NCBI GenBank assembly: GCA_964521375.1
Contig: CAZFRK010000001.1
Coordinates: 1 to 38,583, forward strand
Origin: an uncultured Rhodobacterales bacterium
Lineage (GTDB): Bacteria; Pseudomonadota; Alphaproteobacteria; Rhodospirillales; Rhodospirillaceae
Direction of reading: 5' to 3'
Length of the DNA: 38,583 nucleotides
This document shows positions 17,745 to 25,555 of this stretch, one piece after another (within the stretch, counting starts at the first letter, position 1; each line of letters opens with the position of its first letter). The notes beneath the pieces are model-generated. The model worked only from the letters and a program-made list of their open reading frames with translations. It was not told the DNA's origin and did not search any database. The position numbers were made by a program, and so were the translations under genes.

Positions 17745-19682
17745 TCAGTGGCTGTCAAGCGCCAGCAGTTCACTGTCTATGCAAACGCGCCCTTCTGGTG
17801 AGTGTACCAGAGAACGCAGCACTCTGAGAAGGGCCTCCGGGCCGGTGGGCCTGTCTCCGAAAAGCGACCAGCATCCGTCCGGCGCATCACAAACATCACC
17901 GACACTGATACCGAATGCGTGAGAGAGGAAAGCGTGATCGTTGCCGCTCCGGGAGCCGCTATCACCGAAGCAGAGGATCTCGCTTCCGGGCTTCGCAGCA
18001 ACCCGCAGCGCCTCTACAACCTTAAGCTTGCTAGACGCAGCGGGTACGACGTCATAACTGTGGCCCGAGCTCGTGATGCGAAGATCTCCGGAGGCCAAAA
18101 CAGGGCACTCCGAAAAGTCTCCGACGAACCTGTCGGGGTGCTTCAGGGCATCCATCCCAATCGTGATCTGGAGAGCTCGAACCTTGAAGTCGTGCGCCTC
18201 AAAGAGATCACGTCGAGTCCACAGCCAAGCAGCCGCGCCCTCTATTGCTGGATGTCGCTCAATGAGCTCGTGCTCAATATCCACGTCAGCTGTCCGCAGT
18301 AGGCCGCCGTTGTAGTAGCCGACCACCACGGATCCAACCATCTCCGGCGGAAGGAGACTCCGCAGTTCCTCTCCAACGGAACCACCGCGCCCTGTCGCTA
18401 TGCCGATTTCGACGCCCGCATGGTGGAGCCGAACTATCTGCTCGATGATTCGGGGCTCTGGAGGTCCGAAGCGGCAGTCCGTAGCGACGAGAGTACCGTC
18501 GTAGTCGAAGACTGCGCCGCCAATTTCAGCCTTTAAAAGCGCCTCTACGCGCTCCTGGTTGGTTGAAGAAAGAGTCTCGCAATCGGCCTCCTGACCCCCT
18601 GTGCGCGCCATTGCGGAACGCTTATGGCGTACGCTCGTGGTCAGTCGGCTGGCCACTTGGGCCAAAGATCCGGCCTCATATATTGATCGACCGAAGTCGC
18701 CAACACCAGGCTTCCCCGGATCGATTTCCAGTATAACGCCGAGCCCCTCAATGATGCCGAAGCCATCAATCAAAGCCGACGCGTTATCCAAGCGACTGCA
18801 AGAACCATGGTCCAAGGCTGCACGGCGAATCGAAGAAGGCAGAACGGCATCAATTGCTCGCCACGAAGACCGAGAATCCACCCCAGTGAGCCCCAATACG
18901 AAAGTCTCTTCGGCCCGATGGTGCAGCCAAGTGTGGCGGCCGTGCGCTAGGTTGCGGATATCTGTCGTCTGAATGGGGCACAGTGCGGCTTCCCATAGTG
19001 ACGTATCCAGCAACACAGCCAGCGGACGCAGAAGCGGATCTGCTGCTAAGATGAGCGTGTCGGTCCTTCGAATGCCGTCAAATAGCTCCCTCACTTCTTC
19101 TCGAGAAATTGGTTCTAGACACCGGGCGAGCCGCTCGGCCAATAACGACAAGAGAGCGTCCCGGCCGAGTGGTTCTCGCGAAGCCAGATCGCTCCCTAAA
19201 AGCAAGGCGGTGACTGAGGCCATCAATGAATGCGTGGCGAGATAACCGTCCTTCGCATCGGCCACGGGTACGAGATGAACCGTGCCATTTCCACGCCTGG
19301 CAATCTCTGCGGCTGCGCCTTTCTCGTTCCTGGTAACGAGGTGGAGTCGTCTGCAACCTCGGTCGAGGGCAGCCTGGGCAGCGGCTGAAATATCGGCGTT
19401 GTCTCCGCCGGCACTGAACAGCCACACCTCGCTTTCCGCAAGGCCCTGCAACTCGAGGACAGCTTGCATTGGAGTCTGGACGGATGTCGGGCCAAGGCTA
19501 AGCGTATCGCGGCAGCGCGCAAAGTACTCCGCAGCAACTAATGATCCGCCGGACCCGACCGCCAGCGCGTGCCGGCCGCCCCCCTGCCTCAGCGCCGTCG
19601 CCAAACAAGACGGGTCAAATGTCTCAAACAGGTTTAGCGTACTGGGAAGTGCGTCCAGTTTTTGGTTGAATACATTCAGCAT
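17745..19682 (-). CDS. Fusion protein: N-terminal (tandem) SIS phosphosugar-binding domains + C-terminal HAD-IIB phosphatase
   Basis: SIS-like HALAVGSGGSLVAAEYFA and VWLFSAGGDNADISAAAQAALDRGCRRLHLVT. HAD motif I GAVFDYDGTLV, motif II GIATGR and motif IV CFGDSGSRSGNDHAF (the GDxxxxxND of Cof/OtsB-type IIB). Confidence 0.8.
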   Translation of the reverse strand: MLNVFNQKLDALPSTLNLFETFDPSCLATALRQGGGRHALAVGSGGSLVAAEYFARCRDTLSLGPTSVQTPMQAVLELQGLAESEVWLFSAGGDNADISAAAQAALDRGCRRLHLVTRNEKGAAAEIARRGNGTVHLVPVADAKDGYLATHSLMASVTALLLGSDLASREPLGRDALLSLLAERLARCLEPISREEVRELFDGIRRTDTLILAADPLLRPLAVLLDTSLWEAALCPIQTTDIRNLAHGRHTWLHHRAEETFVLGLTGVDSRSSWRAIDAVLPSSIRRAALDHGSCSRLDNASALIDGFGIIEGLGVILEIDPGKPGVGDFGRSIYEAGSLAQVASRLTTSVRHKRSAMARTGGQEADCETLSSTNQERVEALLKAEIGGAVFDYDGTLVATDCRFGPPEPRIIEQIVRLHHAGVEIGIATGRGGSVGEELRSLLPPEMVGSVVVGYYNGGLLRTADVDIEHELIERHPAIEGAAAWLWTRRDLFEAHDFKVRALQITIGMDALKHPDRFVGDFSECPVLASGDLRITSSGHSYDVVPAASSKLKVVEALRVAAKPGSEILCFGDSGSRSGNDHAFLSHAFGISVGDVCDAPDGCWSLFGDRPTGPEALLRVLRSLVHSPEGRVCIDSELLALDSH

Positions 19683-20833
19683 GTACGGCCCGCCTCACTA
19701 TAGCTTTCGTACATCGGCCCCGACAAAATCAGGTGGACCATCATGTCTGGCCTATCTGGCGAGGGCGCGGGGACACCCTCAATGGCATAGCTCTCCATTT
19801 CCAGATATTGGACAGCCATACCATGCTCTATAGCTGCCATGAGCGCGCCAGCCGCCAGAACCTTGCTACCGATTGGGGAGAGCACCATGCGCGGCTCAAA
19901 GGTGCCTTCCATTGTCCGATCAAATCGGACCTTCAGGGTCGATAGCGTGCGGTAGCAGTCTAGAGGGTTCTTCTCGGACGCATATACTACGTCTCTAGGA
20001 TCAACCAGCCACTCATTGACCAGGGCAATCTCGTATTCGGATAGAAGGTCGTCAGCACGCCGAGGATTCCGCGAGGGAAACGGAAGGAGCGGGCAGATCT
20101 TGTAGCATCTGCCAATCGCGATCCCGATCTGGGCCAACGCTGACGCCCTCCCCCGCGCTAGCTGGGGGATCCAGATCTGCGCCAGGTCTTGCTCTCCATC
20201 CGCTTCGGCAGGCAGCGCAAAACCTTTCACGGCACTGGGGCGGCTCCACGGCGTCCCCACAATCCTGTCGTCCATCTCCGGGTTGGAGACAATCATGAGA
20301 TGGAAGCTTCTGTTGGCTGCGGACTCGCAGTCCTCTAACAGCATCCTTGCTGCGGGAAAACCCACGCCGATGGAAAGAGCGCTCAGGTCAAGAATAACAT
20401 CGGTGACTTCATCCGGAACCTGATATTCCGTCAAGAGCTTAACTATACGAGCCCCTCCGACCGGCGCACTGTCATCAGCAAAAATGTCTACCCGAAGGAC
20501 GGAACAATCGGGAACAATTCTCCTCAACGTCTCCTCATTTTCATCCGCCAGCGCCAGAAGATCGTCCGACGGCGCAGGTCGTTCTTCACGAATGAAAATG
20601 GCACATAGTCGGGACCCCATCACATCAGCCAGCATTTGTGCAATCCGCCTGGATCTGGGATCGAAACCGGCAGCAGCAACAAGGAGAACACGTCTTGCGG
20701 GATTTCTGAAATAGTCTCTCGCGAAATCTTCAACGTCTTCGTCAAAGTTCGTTATACAGTTCTCCCAATGACTACGCATCTTCAAGTCCCGCAACATCTC
20801 GAAGGTAGCTGACTTTTTTTGGTATGAACCCAC
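19676..20833 (-). CDS. Uncharacterised 370-385-aa protein (two Rossmann-like halves; no family recognised)
   Basis: Long ORF embedded in the operon. The stop overlaps the SIS-HAD ATG (ATGCTGA). Candidate starts are 20833, 20797 or 20779; the last gives an 8-nt overlap with the NTPase stop. Confidence 0.7.
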   Translation of the reverse strand: MGSYQKKSATFEMLRDLKMRSHWENCITNFDEDVEDFARDYFRNPARRVLLVAAAGFDPRSRRIAQMLADVMGSRLCAIFIREERPAPSDDLLALADENEETLRRIVPDCSVLRVDIFADDSAPVGGARIVKLLTEYQVPDEVTDVILDLSALSIGVGFPAARMLLEDCESAANRSFHLMIVSNPEMDDRIVGTPWSRPSAVKGFALPAEADGEQDLAQIWIPQLARGRASALAQIGIAIGRCYKICPLLPFPSRNPRRADDLLSEYEIALVNEWLVDPRDVVYASEKNPLDCYRTLSTLKVRFDRTMEGTFEPRMVLSPIGSKVLAAGALMAAIEHGMAVQYLEMESYAIEGVPAPSPDRPDMMVHLILSGPMYESYSEAGRTC

Positions 20834-22679
20834 CTCGATGGAAGGTGAGCCCGTGAACCAAGCATACCGTCCCAGTCAGCTCTACCAGAGCCCAAAGCTT
20901 TCCCCCTTGTCCGTAGTTCCGCTCAATCGTAATTGCGCCGTTCGCGATGGCATGCTTAAGAATGATCGCAAGATCGTCATCGGCCGGAAGCGAGTCCATC
21001 TCTTCCTCAAGGATGCCGATCGCATTTGCGCCATAGCCGAGAGGAGCATTCGGAAGAGTGGATTCGGCCATGCATTCTCTACCTATCGCGTCAACCATCT
21101 CTCTTACGCGCTGCGCGTAGGCGAACGGCCAGTCGTCCATTATCTCCTTTGCCTTCCTCACAAGAACGGATTGTTGCTCCCGGGCAGAGAGAGCTAGCGG
21201 TCTGTTTCGAATCGCGCGAGTTTCGATACTTGCAACCAGAGCCCCTGTAAAACGAAGGAATCGTTCTGCGTTTCCGTCGCTGGCATCGCAAATTCTGTCA
21301 ACGCCATAATGTAAAGGCCGCCCATATTCATGATAGAGATGGAGCCGCGCCCCATTTGCGACGTAAGAATCCGCCTTTAAGGGCATTGCGATATCTGCGT
21401 CCAACTCTTCGAATAGGGAGGGCGTGGAGCGGGCGACCCTGATCGCATAGCGATGGAGTAGAATGCGCGTCATCGCAAGGTGGATGTCTTTTCCCTTGTC
21501 ATAAGACTTGGACCGCCCTAAGTACTCGGCAACTATATTTTCAATCTCTCGCCGCCGCGACTTTGTAACGCCGAGACTTTCCTGCTCCTTAGAAACCTTT
21601 TCTTCGAGCTGCCTAAACTGGCTGTCTGTTAGTGACGGAGGCTTGCTCGGAAGCAAACGATCAATGTCGGTAACGTTGCCAATTACCTCCACCCGAGGAA
21701 GGTATCGCCCTGCCATATCACGCGCCACCGCTCGAAACTGCCGACGAACCGAATCCGATTTTTCGTGGTCCTGCATGCGAATGTCGATGAAGTCGCGACC
21801 AATAGAACGATTATGCGTCGGCTGACTGCCAGAGGAACGCAAAACGGCACCAGGGCTCAGCGCGTCCAACCGCATCATCAACCAGCGTCCGAACTTCATC
21901 TCTCGATGAGATAGCATTCCGAACATGGCTTCGAGTTGATCGTGGTGCAGCGCATGAATATCGTCCAGCATGACCAGAGGAACCAATTCTATCGCCTCGC
22001 CCTTCCACTCTATGCGAATCCTGCTAATGGCATCGAAAGGAGCGTAGGGCGCCGTTGCGTCTTTCGGCAAATCTTCAAGTTTCGGTGGACGGAGTCCCGC
22101 ACCCACGGAGTAGATGGCGCGCTGTACCGCGAGAGCCCTATCTCGGATACCGGCGGTCGAGAGACCGCCAATCTGCTCTAGATGAGCCTCGTAATTGGCA
22201 CGCGGAACGAACTCGATTTCCTGGATGCTGCGGGTGTTGTTAACTGTCAGGTTCCTGATCAGCCCAAGCACAGCGCGGGCCTGCACCAACCAGAACGCAA
22301 GCTTTGCTTTTACCGCCGGCTCGTACGGCAATTCCCAGAACTCGCGATACTCCGACTCCATCGGCACCCTCACGGCCGCTACATGAGGTCTGCCATCCCG
22401 AAGAAAACCCGCCCTCGCCAAATCGGCGGCCAGTGACCTATTGGTGAGATTGGTCTCGTCCCTCAAGATGATTTCCACCATCTTGAATTCGGCCAACCTG
22501 GCCAGCGTGGTCTTACCGCTGCCGGGTGAGCCAATTATGCGCACCGGCAAATCGAACACTTCGTCTTTATGTTTGCTCGTCGCGAGGAATGTCGTCAGCG
22601 GCTTGGGACTGACGATCGACAGAAAAGCCTCATCATCGCGAACATACTCAGTTGCTCGCCGAAGGAATGGATTCGCCAT
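20772..22679 (-). CDS. Large P-loop NTPase (AAA+/STAND-like) with ~400-aa uncharacterised C-terminal region
   Basis: Walker A in VRIIGSPGSGKTTLARL and Walker B in LVPLVMLDDIHAL. The ATG lies 6 nt after the upstream PRTase-like stop. Confidence 0.85.
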   Translation of the reverse strand: MANPFLRRATEYVRDDEAFLSIVSPKPLTTFLATSKHKDEVFDLPVRIIGSPGSGKTTLARLAEFKMVEIILRDETNLTNRSLAADLARAGFLRDGRPHVAAVRVPMESEYREFWELPYEPAVKAKLAFWLVQARAVLGLIRNLTVNNTRSIQEIEFVPRANYEAHLEQIGGLSTAGIRDRALAVQRAIYSVGAGLRPPKLEDLPKDATAPYAPFDAISRIRIEWKGEAIELVPLVMLDDIHALHHDQLEAMFGMLSHREMKFGRWLMMRLDALSPGAVLRSSGSQPTHNRSIGRDFIDIRMQDHEKSDSVRRQFRAVARDMAGRYLPRVEVIGNVTDIDRLLPSKPPSLTDSQFRQLEEKVSKEQESLGVTKSRRREIENIVAEYLGRSKSYDKGKDIHLAMTRILLHRYAIRVARSTPSLFEELDADIAMPLKADSYVANGARLHLYHEYGRPLHYGVDRICDASDGNAERFLRFTGALVASIETRAIRNRPLALSAREQQSVLVRKAKEIMDDWPFAYAQRVREMVDAIGRECMAESTLPNAPLGYGANAIGILEEEMDSLPADDDLAIILKHAIANGAITIERNYGQGGKLWALVELTGTVCLVHGLTFHRGGFIPKKVSYLRDVAGLEDA

Positions 22680-22685
22680 GACGTG

Positions 22686-23876
22686 TCAGCCGTGTCTATC
22701 GCGACGGAAGAACAATGAAACCATCTTTCTACCCTGATGACCACCAGTCTCCGCCCAAAGGAGCGGGATGGAATTATTAGGAGTGTTATGCTCGAGGACT
22801 ACTGGGAGAGCACAATTAGCATATCCGAACCGCATGTCGGCCTGGCCGGCCTCCCGGCAGTGCTTCTCAAGGCGTATAAATAGATCGTGATCATAATATT
22901 TCTGCGCCAGTGAAACAATGGCATCATCTTCACTGTTCGTTGGGGCTGTGGAGGTGGGTTCATCTCCAACATGTGCGACCTTTATATCATTTAGCAACAG
23001 AAGACCTTCCGTGATAATGGCGCTCCGGTAGCTCTTATCGCGCATTACCTTGTCGGCTTCCTCCACACGTTCGAGCAGCGCTTCTCGTGCTTGAGCCGTC
23101 GAAATATAATGATGTATGTGTAGATTGTAATTTTCCGACAGAGGAAACTTGTCCCCTAAAGAACGTTTAGCCTCCGCCACAATGGCTTCGAACTTCGCAA
23201 GCTTTCCTTTGGGCCTTCCCTCCGGAAATCGGATAAAAGTAGTGCCTGAAGCGGTGAAATCATCTATTAAGTATACGTCATCAAACTTAGCCCCTATTCC
23301 AAGGTCGCCCTGAATATCATCTGCCAAGCTTCTCCATTTATCATGATCAATGTTCATCATGGGAACCACCTGCTCCTGAGACAGGCGGCCTGCGTTTGCC
23401 CGGCGAAGAGCATCAATCCGGCTGCCATCGCTAAGACCAACAAAGAGGCAGCGGCGCAACCTTTTTGCGAATGCGTGAGCAACCTGAGGGGACTTCCAAA
23501 CCTCGTATGGCCTCACATCAAATTCTTCGGCGACAGATCGACGCAGATAAGGAATTACAACCTCTGGCACAAACGTCTCTATGAGCCGCTGCATCTCCAG
23601 AGCCGATACGTAAACTAGGCGAGTTTTGATGAATTCATAAGCGTGAGACCTGTCCTCTTCATCGAAGTGACGCAGCCAAGATACCAAGGTCTCTAGGAAG
23701 CGCACGCCAGCGCGAAAATCGGAATATCCGTCATATTTCATAGACGACATGAGAGTCAGCCATGAGTACTCCTTTGTGGCCTTCTCGTTGTCCCACCTCA
23801 TCACGCTGGCAATGAGGTTAAGAGCGAGGATATTTATCATGATCGACTCTTGCCCGTACGTCTTATCCCGCTGCAT
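22686..23876 (-). CDS. Phosphoribosyltransferase-like protein with long helical N-terminal domain
   Basis: PRPP-binding loop DDVYLIDDFTASGTTF. The track ORF extends to TTG 23972, but that codon is preceded by TCTCCTCCT with no SD. ATG 23876 or 23840 is the more plausible start. Confidence 0.8.
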   Translation of the reverse strand: MQRDKTYGQESIMINILALNLIASVMRWDNEKATKEYSWLTLMSSMKYDGYSDFRAGVRFLETLVSWLRHFDEEDRSHAYEFIKTRLVYVSALEMQRLIETFVPEVVIPYLRRSVAEEFDVRPYEVWKSPQVAHAFAKRLRRCLFVGLSDGSRIDALRRANAGRLSQEQVVPMMNIDHDKWRSLADDIQGDLGIGAKFDDVYLIDDFTASGTTFIRFPEGRPKGKLAKFEAIVAEAKRSLGDKFPLSENYNLHIHHYISTAQAREALLERVEEADKVMRDKSYRSAIITEGLLLLNDIKVAHVGDEPTSTAPTNSEDDAIVSLAQKYYDHDLFIRLEKHCREAGQADMRFGYANCALPVVLEHNTPNNSIPLLWAETGGHQGRKMVSLFFRRDRHG

Positions 23877-24333
23877 CTCAAAATGAGCGGCAGCGCCAAG
23901 CACAATCCTGGCACGATCGCAGGCGTTTTCAAACCTTGTAGATTGGGGCGAGTATCGGAGACGCTTCGACAAGGAGGAGAAGACGCCGCGCGGCCTGCCA
24001 ATGGGGACATGAAACTTGATATTCGCCTGGGTACGGTCGGGTTAATGGTGACAGTGGCAGCTATGCCCTCCGTCTGCGGACGGGTTCCCCGCTCCGGGGC
24101 AGTTCAGCCTCCCTGAACTCGCGATCCCAGCAACCCGCTTTAGGGGGCGCTGAGGAGGGCGACCGGAGGAATGTTCCGATGAGACGGAAGAATGCCCCCC
24201 CCTCGGCCGCTTATTTTTCGCCCTGAGCTAGCGCGTTATCATAACGATCGAAAATTTTACATAGGAAGTTTGACTACGCTAATTCGGCGCAATGCGTTTG
24301 GTCTGAAAGATTTATTTGTAAACCAGTTGGCAT

Positions 24334-24343
24334 CTGACGTCAG
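24334..24343. promoter_or_regulatory. Perfect palindrome CTGACGTCAG in the AT-rich region upstream of the cargo operon
   Basis: Read directly. It lies ~360-460 nt upstream of the candidate PRTase-like starts. Confidence 0.3.
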
Positions 24344-24488
24344 CCTTGATGAAATCATAAATGAACTGAGCAGACATAACCGTAGGAAGCGGTAGCGTCC
24401 CAGTCTTTGCCTGACGAGCAGGCGCGGCCGGAGGATGAGGACTGCGCCTGTTCCCATCAGGCGCTGCTGAATGCTGGTAGGCCATCAG

Positions 24489-25307
24489 CTAACGCGTCGG
24501 CCCAGGCGGCTCCACGAGCGGATGGCGAAGGATCTCCATCGTCTCCTTCGCCTGTGCGAGCCAGCGGCGGCATTCGCGATTATCGGCGAAGGAAACGCCA
24601 ATCACCTCTTCCTGATTGACGTCGTAGAGGGCATAGCGCGGTTTGCCATGCGAAACGCTGATGCGGAAGAGGAGCGCCGGATGGCGCGTCTCGAACCGCA
24701 CCGCCCGCGTTTCCGGCGACACCACAGGCAGATTGTCCTTGAACAGCGAGCGGAACTCGTCGTCGATCTCGCCATGAAGCGCCAGGCGCTCCGCATGGTC
24801 GTCCGGCCTTAGACCATGGAACGAGTCCAGGACGTTGGCCAGCGCCACTTCCCTGGCCATCGGGAGAAGCTCATATGCGGGAGGCGTCAGCTGCTCGGCG
24901 CCGGCATCGCCGTCCACCACGTGGTGCCTATCCGGCATCAGGATCAGGATCTTGCGGAACAACCCGGTGAGCCCGGCCAGGACCTCGCTCTCGGAGATTG
25001 GCTCCACCATCGCATAGGTGTTGGCGCGGCACGTCTGGTTCCACCGATGTCCAGCAACAGCGCGTAGCGCATCGACGCGCTCCCGGTGCCACGCGGCCCA
25101 GACGTAGGCCTTCCAGCTACCGTCCTTTTCGGGACGAAGGCGGGCTAATCCGAGCCCGTCGGCTGGGACATCCAGGTGCCGTCCCAGCTCGGAGAGGAGC
25201 TTTCGATGCTCGCCGGCCATCTGTGGCAGCGGGAGGCCCCGGCAGTAGTCTATGATTTCCTCGAATGTCTTCCTCGCCAACGGGTCCTCACTACGCCGGT
25301 GCGCCAT
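24489..25307 (-). CDS. Hypothetical protein (272 aa) next to the distal transposon end
   Basis: ATG 25307 is preceded by AGAGGGGGA. I recognise no motifs. A hairpin CAGGCGC-N18-GCGCCTG lies just downstream (24419..24450). Confidence 0.6.
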   Translation of the reverse strand: MAHRRSEDPLARKTFEEIIDYCRGLPLPQMAGEHRKLLSELGRHLDVPADGLGLARLRPEKDGSWKAYVWAAWHRERVDALRAVAGHRWNQTCRANTYAMVEPISESEVLAGLTGLFRKILILMPDRHHVVDGDAGAEQLTPPAYELLPMAREVALANVLDSFHGLRPDDHAERLALHGEIDDEFRSLFKDNLPVVSPETRAVRFETRHPALLFRISVSHGKPRYALYDVNQEEVIGVSFADNRECRRWLAQAKETMEILRHPLVEPPGPTR

Positions 25308-25555
25308 CACGTCCCCCTCTTCTGCTAACCGGTGTCCAGGTTGGAGAAGACGCTCTCGCGACGCAAGCCGCCAAACGGCACTGGCCGGTTGAGCTCCGTT
25401 CGGCTAGTTCGGATGCGGGGAGACGTTTTCTGCTCGCACTGGAATCCCGCAAGACTTCTGCAGGGGCGCATTGAGTTCCATTTACGCGAGACGGCTGCAT
25501 CGCCTGCTGGTCGATACCTACAGCCTTAAAATCCCACAGTACGTCCGCAATCTTC

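Noticed and set aside
24322-24330. ACCAGTTGG resembling the CAGTT half of the transposon end repeats, as a possible internal TnsB site
   Set aside because: The TGGCC half at the required 5-nt spacing is absent, and it occurs only once.
24192-24395. 67-aa plus-strand ORF in the AT-rich region upstream of the cargo operon
   Set aside because: I see no convincing SD or motif, and it may simply be an open frame in AT-rich promoter DNA. It is mentioned within a finding but not called as a gene.
22686-25310. Retron, because PRTase-like effectors accompany some retrons and the upstream region has hairpins
   Set aside because: No reverse-transcriptase ORF (no YxDD-type motif) is present anywhere in the element. 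The 273-aa neighbour has no RT blocks.
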